In this document: positions 40,201 to 48,908 of the stretch, piece by piece
How the letters are laid out: each line of letters starts with the position of its first letter
How positions within the stretch are numbered: the stretch's first letter is position 1
Assembly: GCA_963766935.1 (NCBI GenBank)
Contig: CAVYBY010000008.1
Location: 158,884 to 222,883 of the forward strand
DNA length: 64,000 nucleotides
Source of the DNA: an uncultured Actinomycetes bacterium
GTDB taxonomy: Bacteria > Actinomycetota > UBA4738 > HRBIN12
Direction of reading: 5' to 3'
The notes under the pieces: generated by a model
Database searches by the model: none
Told to the model about the DNA's origin: nothing
Seen by the model: the letters and a program-made list of their open reading frames with translations, nothing else
Made by a program: the position numbers and the translations under genes

Positions 40201-42062
40201 GAGGCGGCCCTGCCGGCCGGCTCGCGCACATCGGTCGCGCGCGTCTGCCGCATCCGATCCGCGAGATCCTCGAGGCGGTTCTCCCGGGCGAGCCGCTCCA
40301 TCTCGTCGAGACTTCGGCGAAGGTCGACCGGGTCCGGAGCCGGAGGGATCGCGACGACGATCCCCGGACGCTCGGTCGGCACCGGCGACTCCTCGTCGTT
40401 GACGAGCTCTTCGTGCTGCTTCTCTCCTGGGCGGGCGCCGATCACCTGGATCGGGACGTCGCGGCCCGGGACGCGCCCGGACAGCCGAATCAGCCGGTGC
40501 GCAAGGTCGAGGATGTTGACGGGGTCCCCCATCTCGAGAGTGAAGACCTCTCCGCCGCGCGCGAGCGCCGCGGCCTGGAGCACCAGCTGGACCGCCTCCT
40601 CGACGCTCATGAAGTACCGCGTCATCTCGGGATCGGTGACCGTCACGGGCCCGCCGGCCGCGATCTGCCTGAGGAAGGTGGGCACGACGGATCCCCGGCT
40701 CCCCAGGACGTTGCCGAACCGCACCGCGCACAACACGGTCCCCTGCCTCGACAGCCCGCGCGCGATCTGCTCGGCGATCTGCTTCGACGCGCCCATCACG
40801 CTGGTCGGCCGCACCGCCTTGTCGGTCGAGATCAAGACGAAGCGCGACGCCCCGCAGGCTCCGGCGGCCTCGACGACATTCGCGGTGCCGACGACATTCG
40901 TCAGCAGGGCCTCCTGCGGGTGCTTCTCCAGGATCGGCACGTGCTTGTGCGCGGCGGCATGGAACACGACCTCGGGGCGGTACTCGTCGAATACCTCGCT
41001 GGTCCGAAGACGGTCGCGCACGTCCGCGAGGACCGGCGTGGCGCGCGAGCCGTCGAGGGTCACCAGGAGGTCGTGCAAGTGCGTCTCGTCGTGATCGAGC
41101 AGGATCAACCGCTCCGGTTCGAAGATCTCCACCTGCCGGGCGATCTCCGAACCGATCGAGCCCCCCGCACCGGTGATCAGGACGCGCCGGCCGCGGATGA
41201 GACGGCGAACGGCGGCCAGATCGGTTTCGACCTGGCGGCGTCCCAGCAGGTCCTCGATCCGCAGATCGCGAAGGTCGCCCACCGTCGCGCGGCCCCCGAC
41301 GATCTCCCGCACCGAGGGCAGCACGCGCAACGAGACGCCCGCCTCCTCGCAGCAGATCGCCACGTCGCGGATCAGATCGCCGGTGGCGCTCGGGATCGCG
41401 AGCAGCACCTGGTCCACCTCGAGCTTTTGAGCGATGACGGGGATCGACCCGTGCCCACCCAGCACGATGGCTCCATGAAGCTCGAGTCCGAGACAGCGCG
41501 GGTCGTCGTCGATCAGACCGACCACCTCGAGGGTGGACTGCGGGTCCCGAAGGATGTCGGCGAGGACTTCCGCGCCCGCGTCGCCGACGCCCATCACGAG
41601 GACGCGCGCTCGCTCGCTATCGGCGGAACGCCGGCGGAACGCGAACAGCCGGCTCTGGAACCGGATCGCGCCAAACGCCATCAGCGCCGAGGCGTTCCCA
41701 AACGCGACCACCGACAGTGGAAGCGGCCGCCGTCCGTGACCGAGGAGCAGGGTCATCCCCAGCAGAAGGAGGAAGCTCGCCACGCCGGACAGAAGGACAC
41801 GCCTCGCCTCCTGGACGCTCGCGTGCCGCCACATCTGGCCGTAGAGGCCGAAGAGGTAGTTGCAGAGTAGATGGATCAGCGCGACCGCCGGAAGCACGAC
41901 CAAGAAGCGGTGCCAGCGATTCGTCGGCACGCCGCCCTCGAACCGAAGGACGAGCGGCACCAGGTAGGCGGGCACGACAATCAACGCGTCGAGAAACGCG
42001 AGCGGGATGTCGAGTCGCACCCGCGCGACGATGCGTTGGGGAAGTGATGCGTCCGGGGTCAC
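40197..42062 (-). CDS. Membrane-bound nucleotide-sugar 4,6-dehydratase (CapD/PglF/WbpM family)
   Basis: Four N-terminal TMs, IEDLLGR, TGAGGSIGSE, HAAAHKHVP, STDKAV, RFGNVLGSRGSV, RPGEK. Confidence 0.92.
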   Translation of the reverse strand: MTPDASLPQRIVARVRLDIPLAFLDALIVVPAYLVPLVLRFEGGVPTNRWHRFLVVLPAVALIHLLCNYLFGLYGQMWRHASVQEARRVLLSGVASFLLLLGMTLLLGHGRRPLPLSVVAFGNASALMAFGAIRFQSRLFAFRRRSADSERARVLVMGVGDAGAEVLADILRDPQSTLEVVGLIDDDPRCLGLELHGAIVLGGHGSIPVIAQKLEVDQVLLAIPSATGDLIRDVAICCEEAGVSLRVLPSVREIVGGRATVGDLRDLRIEDLLGRRQVETDLAAVRRLIRGRRVLITGAGGSIGSEIARQVEIFEPERLILLDHDETHLHDLLVTLDGSRATPVLADVRDRLRTSEVFDEYRPEVVFHAAAHKHVPILEKHPQEALLTNVVGTANVVEAAGACGASRFVLISTDKAVRPTSVMGASKQIAEQIARGLSRQGTVLCAVRFGNVLGSRGSVVPTFLRQIAAGGPVTVTDPEMTRYFMSVEEAVQLVLQAAALARGGEVFTLEMGDPVNILDLAHRLIRLSGRVPGRDVPIQVIGARPGEKQHEELVNDEESPVPTERPGIVVAIPPAPDPVDLRRSLDEMERLARENRLEDLADRMRQTRATDVREPAGRAAS

Positions 42063-42355
42063 AGAGACTCAGATCGAGATTGAGGGCCGGAAACCGAAAG
42101 CAGCTTCGCCCTGCGGAACTGCCCGACCAGCGTGCGAATCTGAAGCTCGACCTCTTCGACGGGCAGGTCGAATGCGTGCGCGACGTCCGCGGCGAGCTGA
42201 GGCATCGTCGCGGTGCCGTCGCACAGACCGAACACGACGGTGGCCGTCGAGTTCAGATGGTGGAACGCGCCGTTCGTCTCGTCGAAGACGACCGCCTCGC
42301 CGTCGAGCTCCTCGACGAGAAGATCTGCGCGGATCCTGGGTTTGACGCGGGGCAC
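42059..42355 (-). CDS. PqqD family protein (RRE)
   Basis: EELDGEAVVFDETNGAFHHLNSTATVVFGLCDGTATMPQLAADVAHAF. Confidence 0.88.
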   Translation of the reverse strand: MPRVKPRIRADLLVEELDGEAVVFDETNGAFHHLNSTATVVFGLCDGTATMPQLAADVAHAFDLPVEEVELQIRTLVGQFRRAKLLSVSGPQSRSESL

Positions 42356-42359
42356 GCGA

Positions 42360-42644
42360 CTACTCCTTCCAGATCAGGATGTCGGCCTCTTCGAACTGCA
42401 GGAGGATTCGCCTGACGTCCTCGACGACCACCTCGGAGGGCAGCCCCGACAGCTCGCAGATCGCGTCGATCATCTCGTCGGGATCGGTCTCGCCGTCGCA
42501 GAGCACCCAGATGGCGGCGGCCGTCGTGTTGAGCAGGTGCACGGAGCCGGACTCCGGGTCGTAGAGGGCGTTTTCTCGGTCGGCCTGCCGCAGCCACAGG
42601 TCCGGCTTGCGGGTCGGCCGCCCGGTTCGCAGCAGGATGCTCAT
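42360..42644 (-). CDS. PqqD family protein (RRE)
   Basis: ENALYDPESGSVHLLNTTAAAIWVLCDGETDPDEMIDAICEL...DVRRILLQF; ATG overlaps the regulator stop. Confidence 0.88.
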   Translation of the reverse strand: MSILLRTGRPTRKPDLWLRQADRENALYDPESGSVHLLNTTAAAIWVLCDGETDPDEMIDAICELSGLPSEVVVEDVRRILLQFEEADILIWKE

Positions 42645-43327
42645 CGTCCCGCCCCCGCAAGGGAGTCGAGGATGCCGTTCTGCGTCACGAACGCCGCCGC
42701 TTCCAGTCTCGAATGCACACCGAGCTTGCTCAGCATGTTCTGGACGTGCGTGCGGGCCGTCTCGGAGCTGATCACCAGCTCCTGCGCGATCGCGTCGTTG
42801 TCGCCACCCTGGGCCAGCAGGGCGAGGACCTCGCGCTCGCGCCGGGTGAGCCCCGCCATCCGTTTGAGCGCCTCGTCCCGCTCGCGGCGGCGCTGGATCA
42901 GGTTCCGCAGGAGCCCGCCGAGCATCCGGGGCGGCACGAGGGCCTCGCCGCGATGAACGGCTCGAGTGGCGTCGATCAGCTCGACCAATGGGGACTCCTT
43001 CGAGAGGTAGCCGCTCGCGCCGGCCTCGAGCGCGTGGACGAGGACGAACTCGTCCTCCTGACCGCTGAACACGATCACGCGGCAATCGGGAACCCGGGCG
43101 CTGATCTGTTGGGTCGCGCGGATGCCGTCGCAGTTGGGCAGATCCGCGTCGAGCAAGGCGACGTCGGGCCGGACGCGTTCGGCTTCAGCGATCGCCTGCA
43201 GCCCGTCGCGTGCCTCGCCGACGACGACCAGATCCGCTTCGCCCGACAGGACGACCTTGACCGCTTCGCGAAACAACGACTGCTCGTCGGCGAGCATCAC
43301 ACGGATAACGCCGGTCCCCTCGGCCAC
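42641..43327 (-). CDS. NarL/LuxR-family response regulator
   Basis: IRVMLADEQ, PDVALLD, GASGYLSK, LTRREREVL, SETARTHVQNMLSKLGVHSR. Confidence 0.9.
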   Translation of the reverse strand: MAEGTGVIRVMLADEQSLFREAVKVVLSGEADLVVVGEARDGLQAIAEAERVRPDVALLDADLPNCDGIRATQQISARVPDCRVIVFSGQEDEFVLVHALEAGASGYLSKESPLVELIDATRAVHRGEALVPPRMLGGLLRNLIQRRRERDEALKRMAGLTRREREVLALLAQGGDNDAIAQELVISSETARTHVQNMLSKLGVHSRLEAAAFVTQNGILDSLAGAGR

Positions 43328-43474
43328 GCGGCTCCTCCGTCCCCTCGAAGAGGTCCCCCAGTGCTGCGTGGCTCAACGTAGCCAGGAAACCAACGTCGAA
43401 CACCCGCTGCACGACGTAGACGGTGTACGCCGATGGAACCATTCGTAGGTCTCCCCTCCCGGGGGGACGAAGCG

Positions 43475-44152
43475 TCAGGAAACCGGCGTTTGAGCGGCCG
43501 ATGCCGCGTCGGTGCGATGGCGAAGTTCGTCGGCATCCACCAGGCCGTTTCGTATGGCGAATGCCGCCGCTTCGAGGCGAGAGTGGACACCGAGCTTGGC
43601 GAGGATGCCTTGCACGTGCGTGCGCACGGTGTTGGGGCTGATCGAAAGCGTGTCGGCGATGTCGTGACTCGTCGTGCCGCGCGTGAGCAGCGTCAGCACC
43701 TCGAGCTCGCGCGGTGTCAGCTGGTCCGAGAGCAGAGCGGACGACCCGGCGCCGCGGCCCGGCCCGCGACCCTGGAAGTTCGGGACGACGACTCTGCCGT
43801 CCAGCACGGACCGGATCGCGCTCATGACGTCGCGGATGCGGGCGTCCTTCGTGAGGAAGCCTTGAAAGCCGGCCCCGAGCGCCGCGCGGGCGAGCCGTGG
43901 GTCCCGATCCGACGTGAGGGCGATGATCCGGACGTCCGCGTGACGGTGCAGGATCTCGCGGCCAACATCGAGGCCGTTTTCGTCGGGAAGGCCGATGTCC
44001 ATGAGCACGAGATCCGGACATTCGCGGTCGACCGAGGCGAGAGCCTCCTCGCCCGATGCGGTCACGTCGAGGATCGTCGCGCCCTCCTCCCGAAGCGATG
44101 CGGCAAGCGCCTCGCCGAAGAGCTGCTGATCCTCGACCACCAACACCTTCAT
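43475..44152 (-). CDS. NarL/LuxR-family response regulator
   Basis: MKVLVVEDQ, PDLVLMDIGLP, GFLTKD, LTPRELEVL, SPNTVRTHV. Confidence 0.9.
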   Translation of the reverse strand: MKVLVVEDQQLFGEALAASLREEGATILDVTASGEEALASVDRECPDLVLMDIGLPDENGLDVGREILHRHADVRIIALTSDRDPRLARAALGAGFQGFLTKDARIRDVMSAIRSVLDGRVVVPNFQGRGPGRGAGSSALLSDQLTPRELEVLTLLTRGTTSHDIADTLSISPNTVRTHVQGILAKLGVHSRLEAAAFAIRNGLVDADELRHRTDAASAAQTPVS

Positions 44153-44835
44153 CAGCGTGGCTCGGCCAGACCGGTCGGGATCCGCAGCTCGACGACCGTG
44201 TGCGCCGGGCGGGACTCGACCTGGATCGTGCCGCCGTGAACGTCGATCACACGCCGGGCGATGAACAGACCCAGCCCGGTGCCGTGTTTGCGGGCCCGTC
44301 CCCGGTCTCCGCGGACGAACGGATCGAACAGCGTCGACAGATGCTCGGCCGGAATCCCCGGGCCATGGTCCAGAACGCGGACCACGGCGGGGCCGCGACC
44401 ATGCTCGACCGTGACCTCGACCTTCTCCGCTGCCTCGGAGTACGTGAGCGCGTTTCGAAGGACGTTGGTGATCGCGCTGAGCAGATACGACGGATCGGCC
44501 ACGATCGTCACGTCCTGTCCCGCGTGCAGCACCACCCGAGAGCCCCCGAACTCGAGCTCGCACCGGGCGATCGCCTCGCAGGCCAGATCGACCAGATCCA
44601 CCTCAGACCGTTGGAGCGACGCGTCCCCGGTCGGGGGAAGGAGCAGACCGTCGAGCTGACGAACCATCTCGGCCAGCGTGCGATGGGCCCCGCGGAGCTG
44701 CCCGAGATCGGCCTGCCCGTCGAGGGTGCGCTCGAGCACGGCAAGGACACCGACGAGCGGACCCTTCAACTCATGGGCCGTCCACGCTAGGCCGACATCC
44801 GCCGGTCCGTTCGCCGGCTCAGCAGGGATCCGCAT
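44152..44835 (-). CDS. Histidine kinase core (HisKA + HATPase) with no sensor or TM domain
   Basis: AHELKGPL H-box, NVLRNALTY, DHGPGI, LFDPF, GTGLGL. Confidence 0.85.
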   Translation of the reverse strand: MRIPAEPANGPADVGLAWTAHELKGPLVGVLAVLERTLDGQADLGQLRGAHRTLAEMVRQLDGLLLPPTGDASLQRSEVDLVDLACEAIARCELEFGGSRVVLHAGQDVTIVADPSYLLSAITNVLRNALTYSEAAEKVEVTVEHGRGPAVVRVLDHGPGIPAEHLSTLFDPFVRGDRGRARKHGTGLGLFIARRVIDVHGGTIQVESRPAHTVVELRIPTGLAEPR

Positions 44836-44954
44836 TGGGAGGCGCAGTGTAGACCGCAAATCGCGGCCTTGCCTATCGGCTGGATTGGGGTCCCAAATGG
44901 CTGCTAGAAGGCCCTATCTGGTGGACGGAACCCCTCCCGTCGTGGTGAGCGAAC

Positions 44955-44981
44955 TGCTATGGTGACCGCGCAGCGCGGTCA
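44955..44981 (+). promoter_or_regulatory. Extended -10 element followed by a perfect 19-bp palindrome (candidate operator) upstream of the BldD-like gene
   Basis: TGcTATGGT at 44955-44963; TGACCGCGC-A-GCGCGGTCA at 44963-44981. Confidence 0.5.
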
Positions 44982-45007
44982 TCAACTCAAACGGCTGGAG
45001 GAACGGA

Positions 45008-45475
45008 CTGAGCGAGCTCGATCGTGCCTTGGGAGCCGCGATCCGGCAGTCGAGGATGGAGCGCGGGCTGAGCCTTCGCGGGCTGGCCATGCGGTGCGGC
45101 GGGGCCTTCAAGCCCTCGTCGCTCGGCGGTTACGAGCGGGGCGAGCGGTCGCTCTCGATCGACCGGTTCGTTCGCCTGGCGGAGGTGCTGGGGGTCTCAC
45201 CGGAGCGCCTCCTGTCGGACGCGCTGACGCAAACATCGAACGACGGCCGCCCGGAAGTCTCCGTGGACACCAGCCTTCTGCCGGACAACGAAGCCGGCAA
45301 CGCCGTCGCGGCGTTCGCCCACGAGCTGCGAGCCCGGCGCGGCGATCTTCGTTCGGCCGTCATCACGTTTCGATCGGCGGACCTGAACACGATCGCAAGC
45401 TCGTTGGGTCTGCCGGTCGGCGAGACGCTGCGCCGACTCGGCCCCGCGGCGCTGCACACCGGGTCGATCGCCTGA
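45008..45475 (+). CDS. BldD-like XRE transcriptional regulator with a c-di-GMP-binding motif
   Basis: LGAAIRQSRMERGLSL...KPSSLGGYERGERSLSIDRFVRLA resembles the BldD DNA-binding domain; RGD-LRSAVITF-RSAD equals RxD-X8-RxxD; start is CTG at 45008 (after GGAGGA) or TTG at 45029. Confidence 0.8.
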   Translation: MSELDRALGAAIRQSRMERGLSLRGLAMRCGGAFKPSSLGGYERGERSLSIDRFVRLAEVLGVSPERLLSDALTQTSNDGRPEVSVDTSLLPDNEAGNAVAAFAHELRARRGDLRSAVITFRSADLNTIASSLGLPVGETLRRLGPAALHTGSIA

Positions 45476-45476
45476 C

Positions 45477-47417
45477 TTACCTCTCGTCGGAGCTTCTGAG
45501 CGCGACCATGTCGGGCGCCACGACCATCGGCTCGTGGCCGGGACGCGGAGCAGCGGCCTGCACTCCGACCGCCGCCATGACCTCGGCGCCGTCGATCGTC
45601 TCGCGCTCGACGAGCAGGTGGACCACCCGCTCGAGCCCGGGCCGCTGGCCCTCGAGGATCTTCGTGGCGCGCTCCTCCGCCTCGGTGAGCAGCCGCGAGA
45701 CCTCCTCGTCGATGACGCGCTGTGTCGCCTCGGCGTACTGACGGCTCGTGACCGCCTGACCACCCAGGTACTGCGGATCACCGCTCGCGAACCCGACCGG
45801 GCCCAGGCGCGGGCTCATCCCGAACTCGCGCACCATCCGAGTCGCCAGCTGAGTGGCGCCGGCAAGATCGTTCGAGGCGCCGGTGGAGACCTCGCCAAGC
45901 ACCAGGCGCTCCGCGGCGCGTCCGCCCATCCGAACCGCGAGTGAGTCGTGCAGGTAGCTCTCGGGATACAGGTGTCGCTCGTCCTCCGGCAGCTGTTCGG
46001 TGACGCCGAGCGCCTGGCCCGCCGGGAGGATCGTCACCTTCGCGACGGGGTCCGCGTGCTCCGAGAGCACCGCCACGATGGCGTGACCCGCCTCGTGGAC
46101 CGCGACGGCTCGCTTCTCGTCGGGCATCAACGCGTTGGACGCGTCCCGGCGGCCGAGCAGGATCCGGTCACGCGCCTCGGAGAAGTCCTCCGCCGTGATC
46201 GTGTTGCGTCCGGCTCGAACCGCGAAGATCGCGGCCTCGTTCACCAGGTTCGCCAGATCGGCTCCGCTGAAACCGGGCGTGGCACGCGAGACGGCGTCCA
46301 GATCGACATCCGGTCCGATCTGCTTCCCCTTCGCGTGCACGGCCAGGATCGCCGTCCGCTCGCGCTGGTTCGGCAAGGGAATCTCGACCTGCCGGTCGAA
46401 GCGACCCGGACGAAGGAGTGCGGGGTCGAGCACCTCGGGCCGGTTGGTCGCCGCGAGCACCACGATGCCGGTGCCCGAGTCGAACCCGTCCATCTCCGCA
46501 AGCAGCTGGTTGAGCGTCTGTTCGCGCTCGTCGTTCGAGGTGAAGCCCGCGCCGCGGCGCTGCCCGATCGCGTCGATCTCGTCGATGAAGATGATCGCCG
46601 GCGCGACCTTCTTCGCCTGGGCGAACAGATCGCGCGCCCGAGAGGCGCCGACGCCGACGAAGATCTCGACGAACGACGACCCGGTGATGGCGAAGAAGGG
46701 AACGTTCGCCTCACCTGCGACCGCGCGTGCCAGCAGCGTCTTTCCCGTCCCCGGCGGTCCCACCATCAGCACACCGCGGGGACCCAACGCGCCGGCCTTC
46801 GCGTAGCGCTGCGGGTGCTTGAGGAAATCGACGACCTCGCTGATCTCTTGCTTCGCACCCTCGTAGCCGGCGACGTCGGAAAACCGCGTCGTCGGGCGCT
46901 CGGCGTCGTAGACCTTCGCCTTCGAGCCCATGATCCCGCCCAGCCCGCCGGCCAGCTGCTTGCCCGCCCGGCGCCCGATATAGAGGTAGACGCCGATCAA
47001 CAGGATGAAGGGCGAGAAGCTCAGGATGACGCTGAGCACGCTTACGCCCGGTGTCGGCTTGCCGCTGATCGAGACGCCGTGCGAGCGGAGCGTCTCGGCA
47101 AGGCTCGGGTCCTGCAGCGCCGTCGGGATCTGGCTCGAGTACTCGGCCCCGCCCTTCAGCGCGCCGGTGACCGCGCCGTTCGGGTCGATCAGCGCCGTGG
47201 CGACCTGGCCGTCGTTCACCTTCTGCAGGAACTCGGAATAGCTCACCTTCTGGACGCTCGACTGCGTCCCGGGACGGAACAGCAGCAGGGTCGTGAGCGC
47301 CACGCCGGCAACGATCAGCCAGTTTCGCCATGCCGGCGGAGGCGGAGGCGCGGGCGCTCGCGGCCGGTCCTTGGGCGGCCCCGACTTCGCCGGCCCGGTC
47401 ATCTGGTGCACGGTCAT
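45477..47417 (-). CDS. ftsH: ATP-dependent zinc metalloprotease FtsH
   Basis: Two TMs, [50 protein letters not shown]. Confidence 0.95.
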   Translation of the reverse strand: MTVHQMTGPAKSGPPKDRPRAPAPPPPPAWRNWLIVAGVALTTLLLFRPGTQSSVQKVSYSEFLQKVNDGQVATALIDPNGAVTGALKGGAEYSSQIPTALQDPSLAETLRSHGVSISGKPTPGVSVLSVILSFSPFILLIGVYLYIGRRAGKQLAGGLGGIMGSKAKVYDAERPTTRFSDVAGYEGAKQEISEVVDFLKHPQRYAKAGALGPRGVLMVGPPGTGKTLLARAVAGEANVPFFAITGSSFVEIFVGVGASRARDLFAQAKKVAPAIIFIDEIDAIGQRRGAGFTSNDEREQTLNQLLAEMDGFDSGTGIVVLAATNRPEVLDPALLRPGRFDRQVEIPLPNQRERTAILAVHAKGKQIGPDVDLDAVSRATPGFSGADLANLVNEAAIFAVRAGRNTITAEDFSEARDRILLGRRDASNALMPDEKRAVAVHEAGHAIVAVLSEHADPVAKVTILPAGQALGVTEQLPEDERHLYPESYLHDSLAVRMGGRAAERLVLGEVSTGASNDLAGATQLATRMVREFGMSPRLGPVGFASGDPQYLGGQAVTSRQYAEATQRVIDEEVSRLLTEAEERATKILEGQRPGLERVVHLLVERETIDGAEVMAAVGVQAAAPRPGHEPMVVAPDMVALRSSDER

Positions 47418-48175
47418 CGGTCTTCCTCCCACACGGTGAATTGCGCCACGGTCCGGTAGCCCATCCGCTCGTACACCGGGAGACCCATCGGGCTCGCCTG
47501 CAGCGTCGCGGACAGCTCCGGCCGGCAGGTCGTCGCCGCCCACGTCACGGCCTCACCGTACCCGCGTCCGCGAGCTTCGGGAATAGTCGCCACCGCATAG
47601 ACACCCACGAACGTGTCGTCGATGCACGCCGCAGCCGTGGCGACCGGCCGCCCGTCGACACGGCCGACCCACACGCGGAAGTCCTCACCGAGCAGCTCCG
47701 GCCGGTACATCGCGCCTTCGCCGGACCGGGCTTCGAACACCGAATCGACGATCACTTCCGCGTCTCGAACGGTGGACGCGTCGGTGGCCTCGACGACCTC
47801 GAGCTCGGATGGCACCGGACGCCCTGCCCCGCCGGCGTCTCGCACCAAGCAGGGGATCTGGTAGCCCTCGAACCCGAGCGGCTCGAGGTTCGGTGTCGGC
47901 CAGATGCTCCAGATCTCGTAGCCGCCACCGTCGGCCGAGCGGAAGAACGCCCGGACGCGCTCGAGGGTAGCGGCCATCGTCTCCTCGGTGAGGGGACGAA
48001 GCAACGTGGCGTTGTTCGGCGGCAACGACACCGGCAGCTCGAGATCGGCCAGGGAAAGATCGTCCGAAAGCTCTGCTCGCTTGCCCATCCGCTCGGCCCA
48101 CATGCGGTACGCCGCCGCGCAATTGCGCGCAGCCTGGTCGAGCTGATCGCCGCCCACGAGTGCATCGGTCGCCAT
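47414..48175 (-). CDS. GNAT family N-acetyltransferase
   Basis: VYAVATIPEARGRGYG, LQASPMGLPVYERMGY. Confidence 0.85.
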   Translation of the reverse strand: MATDALVGGDQLDQAARNCAAAYRMWAERMGKRAELSDDLSLADLELPVSLPPNNATLLRPLTEETMAATLERVRAFFRSADGGGYEIWSIWPTPNLEPLGFEGYQIPCLVRDAGGAGRPVPSELEVVEATDASTVRDAEVIVDSVFEARSGEGAMYRPELLGEDFRVWVGRVDGRPVATAAACIDDTFVGVYAVATIPEARGRGYGEAVTWAATTCRPELSATLQASPMGLPVYERMGYRTVAQFTVWEEDR

Positions 48176-48291
48176 TCGCCCATCATCGCCGAGTCGGTCG
48201 AATCAGGGGGTTGTCCGTTCGAAGTACGGCTGATTCTCCCGGAGTGGCCCATCGCGGGGCCACTCCGGGGTTCCCTCCTATCGACTTCGTG

Positions 48292-48797
48292 TCAGCCGAG
48301 AGCACACACGGCGTATGCCTGGATCGACCAGGACGGCGTCCCCGTGACAGACTGCGCCGTCGCCCTCCACGAGGTCGTGGTAGGCGGGTAGTTGGCGAGA
48401 ACGACCGCGAGCTCGGGATTGTCCCCGCCGAGCAAGAACCCACCGCCCAAAACCTTGTTCCCCGCCGAGCATGTCGCGGTGACCGTCTTGGGTGACGCGG
48501 CGTTGTTGACCGACCCCGAGTTGACGACCTCGTACGCGCTCAGGGGACCGGCGGGGCCGGTGGATCCGGTAGGCCGGTGGCACCTGCGGCCCCACGGATG
48601 TCCCAATTCCGCGGCCACTCGTTCCGCCGACAGGTCTTCCCGGCGGGAATCACCCGGACCACCCTGGTTGCCTTGTTGACGCAGGCATGCACCGAACCCG
48701 GATCGTCTCCCTGCGCGACCGCAGTCGCGACCACGAACGAGATTGCAGCCAGCGCGCCGGCGAACGTGAGCAGCCAACGGGCTCTGGATCCGCCCAT
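48292..48797 (-). CDS. Secreted hypothetical protein with a short collagen-like G-X-Y linker; one frameshift near 48575
   Basis: Signal peptide, HACVNKATRVVRVI...C domain, GAAGATG/PTGSTGPAGP, TATCSAGNKVLGGG...AYAVCA. Confidence 0.65.
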
Positions 48798-48908
48798 CTT
48801 TGCCTCCTTGCGGTAGCACCCCCACTACTCGCCGAAGGCCGCCCGGATGATCAGGATGGTCGCCGACCTGTTCCGTCCAGGGGATGATCCCAGAAGCAAC
48901 GGCAGGTC

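Noticed and set aside
9274-42644. Classical PQQ or lasso peptide biosynthetic cluster
   Set aside because: No pqqA/B/C/E, no transglutaminase-like B2 peptidase, and no short precursor with the lasso Thr(-2)/Gly1/Asp-Glu 7-9 pattern was found. The components are lasso-related but do not form the canonical system.
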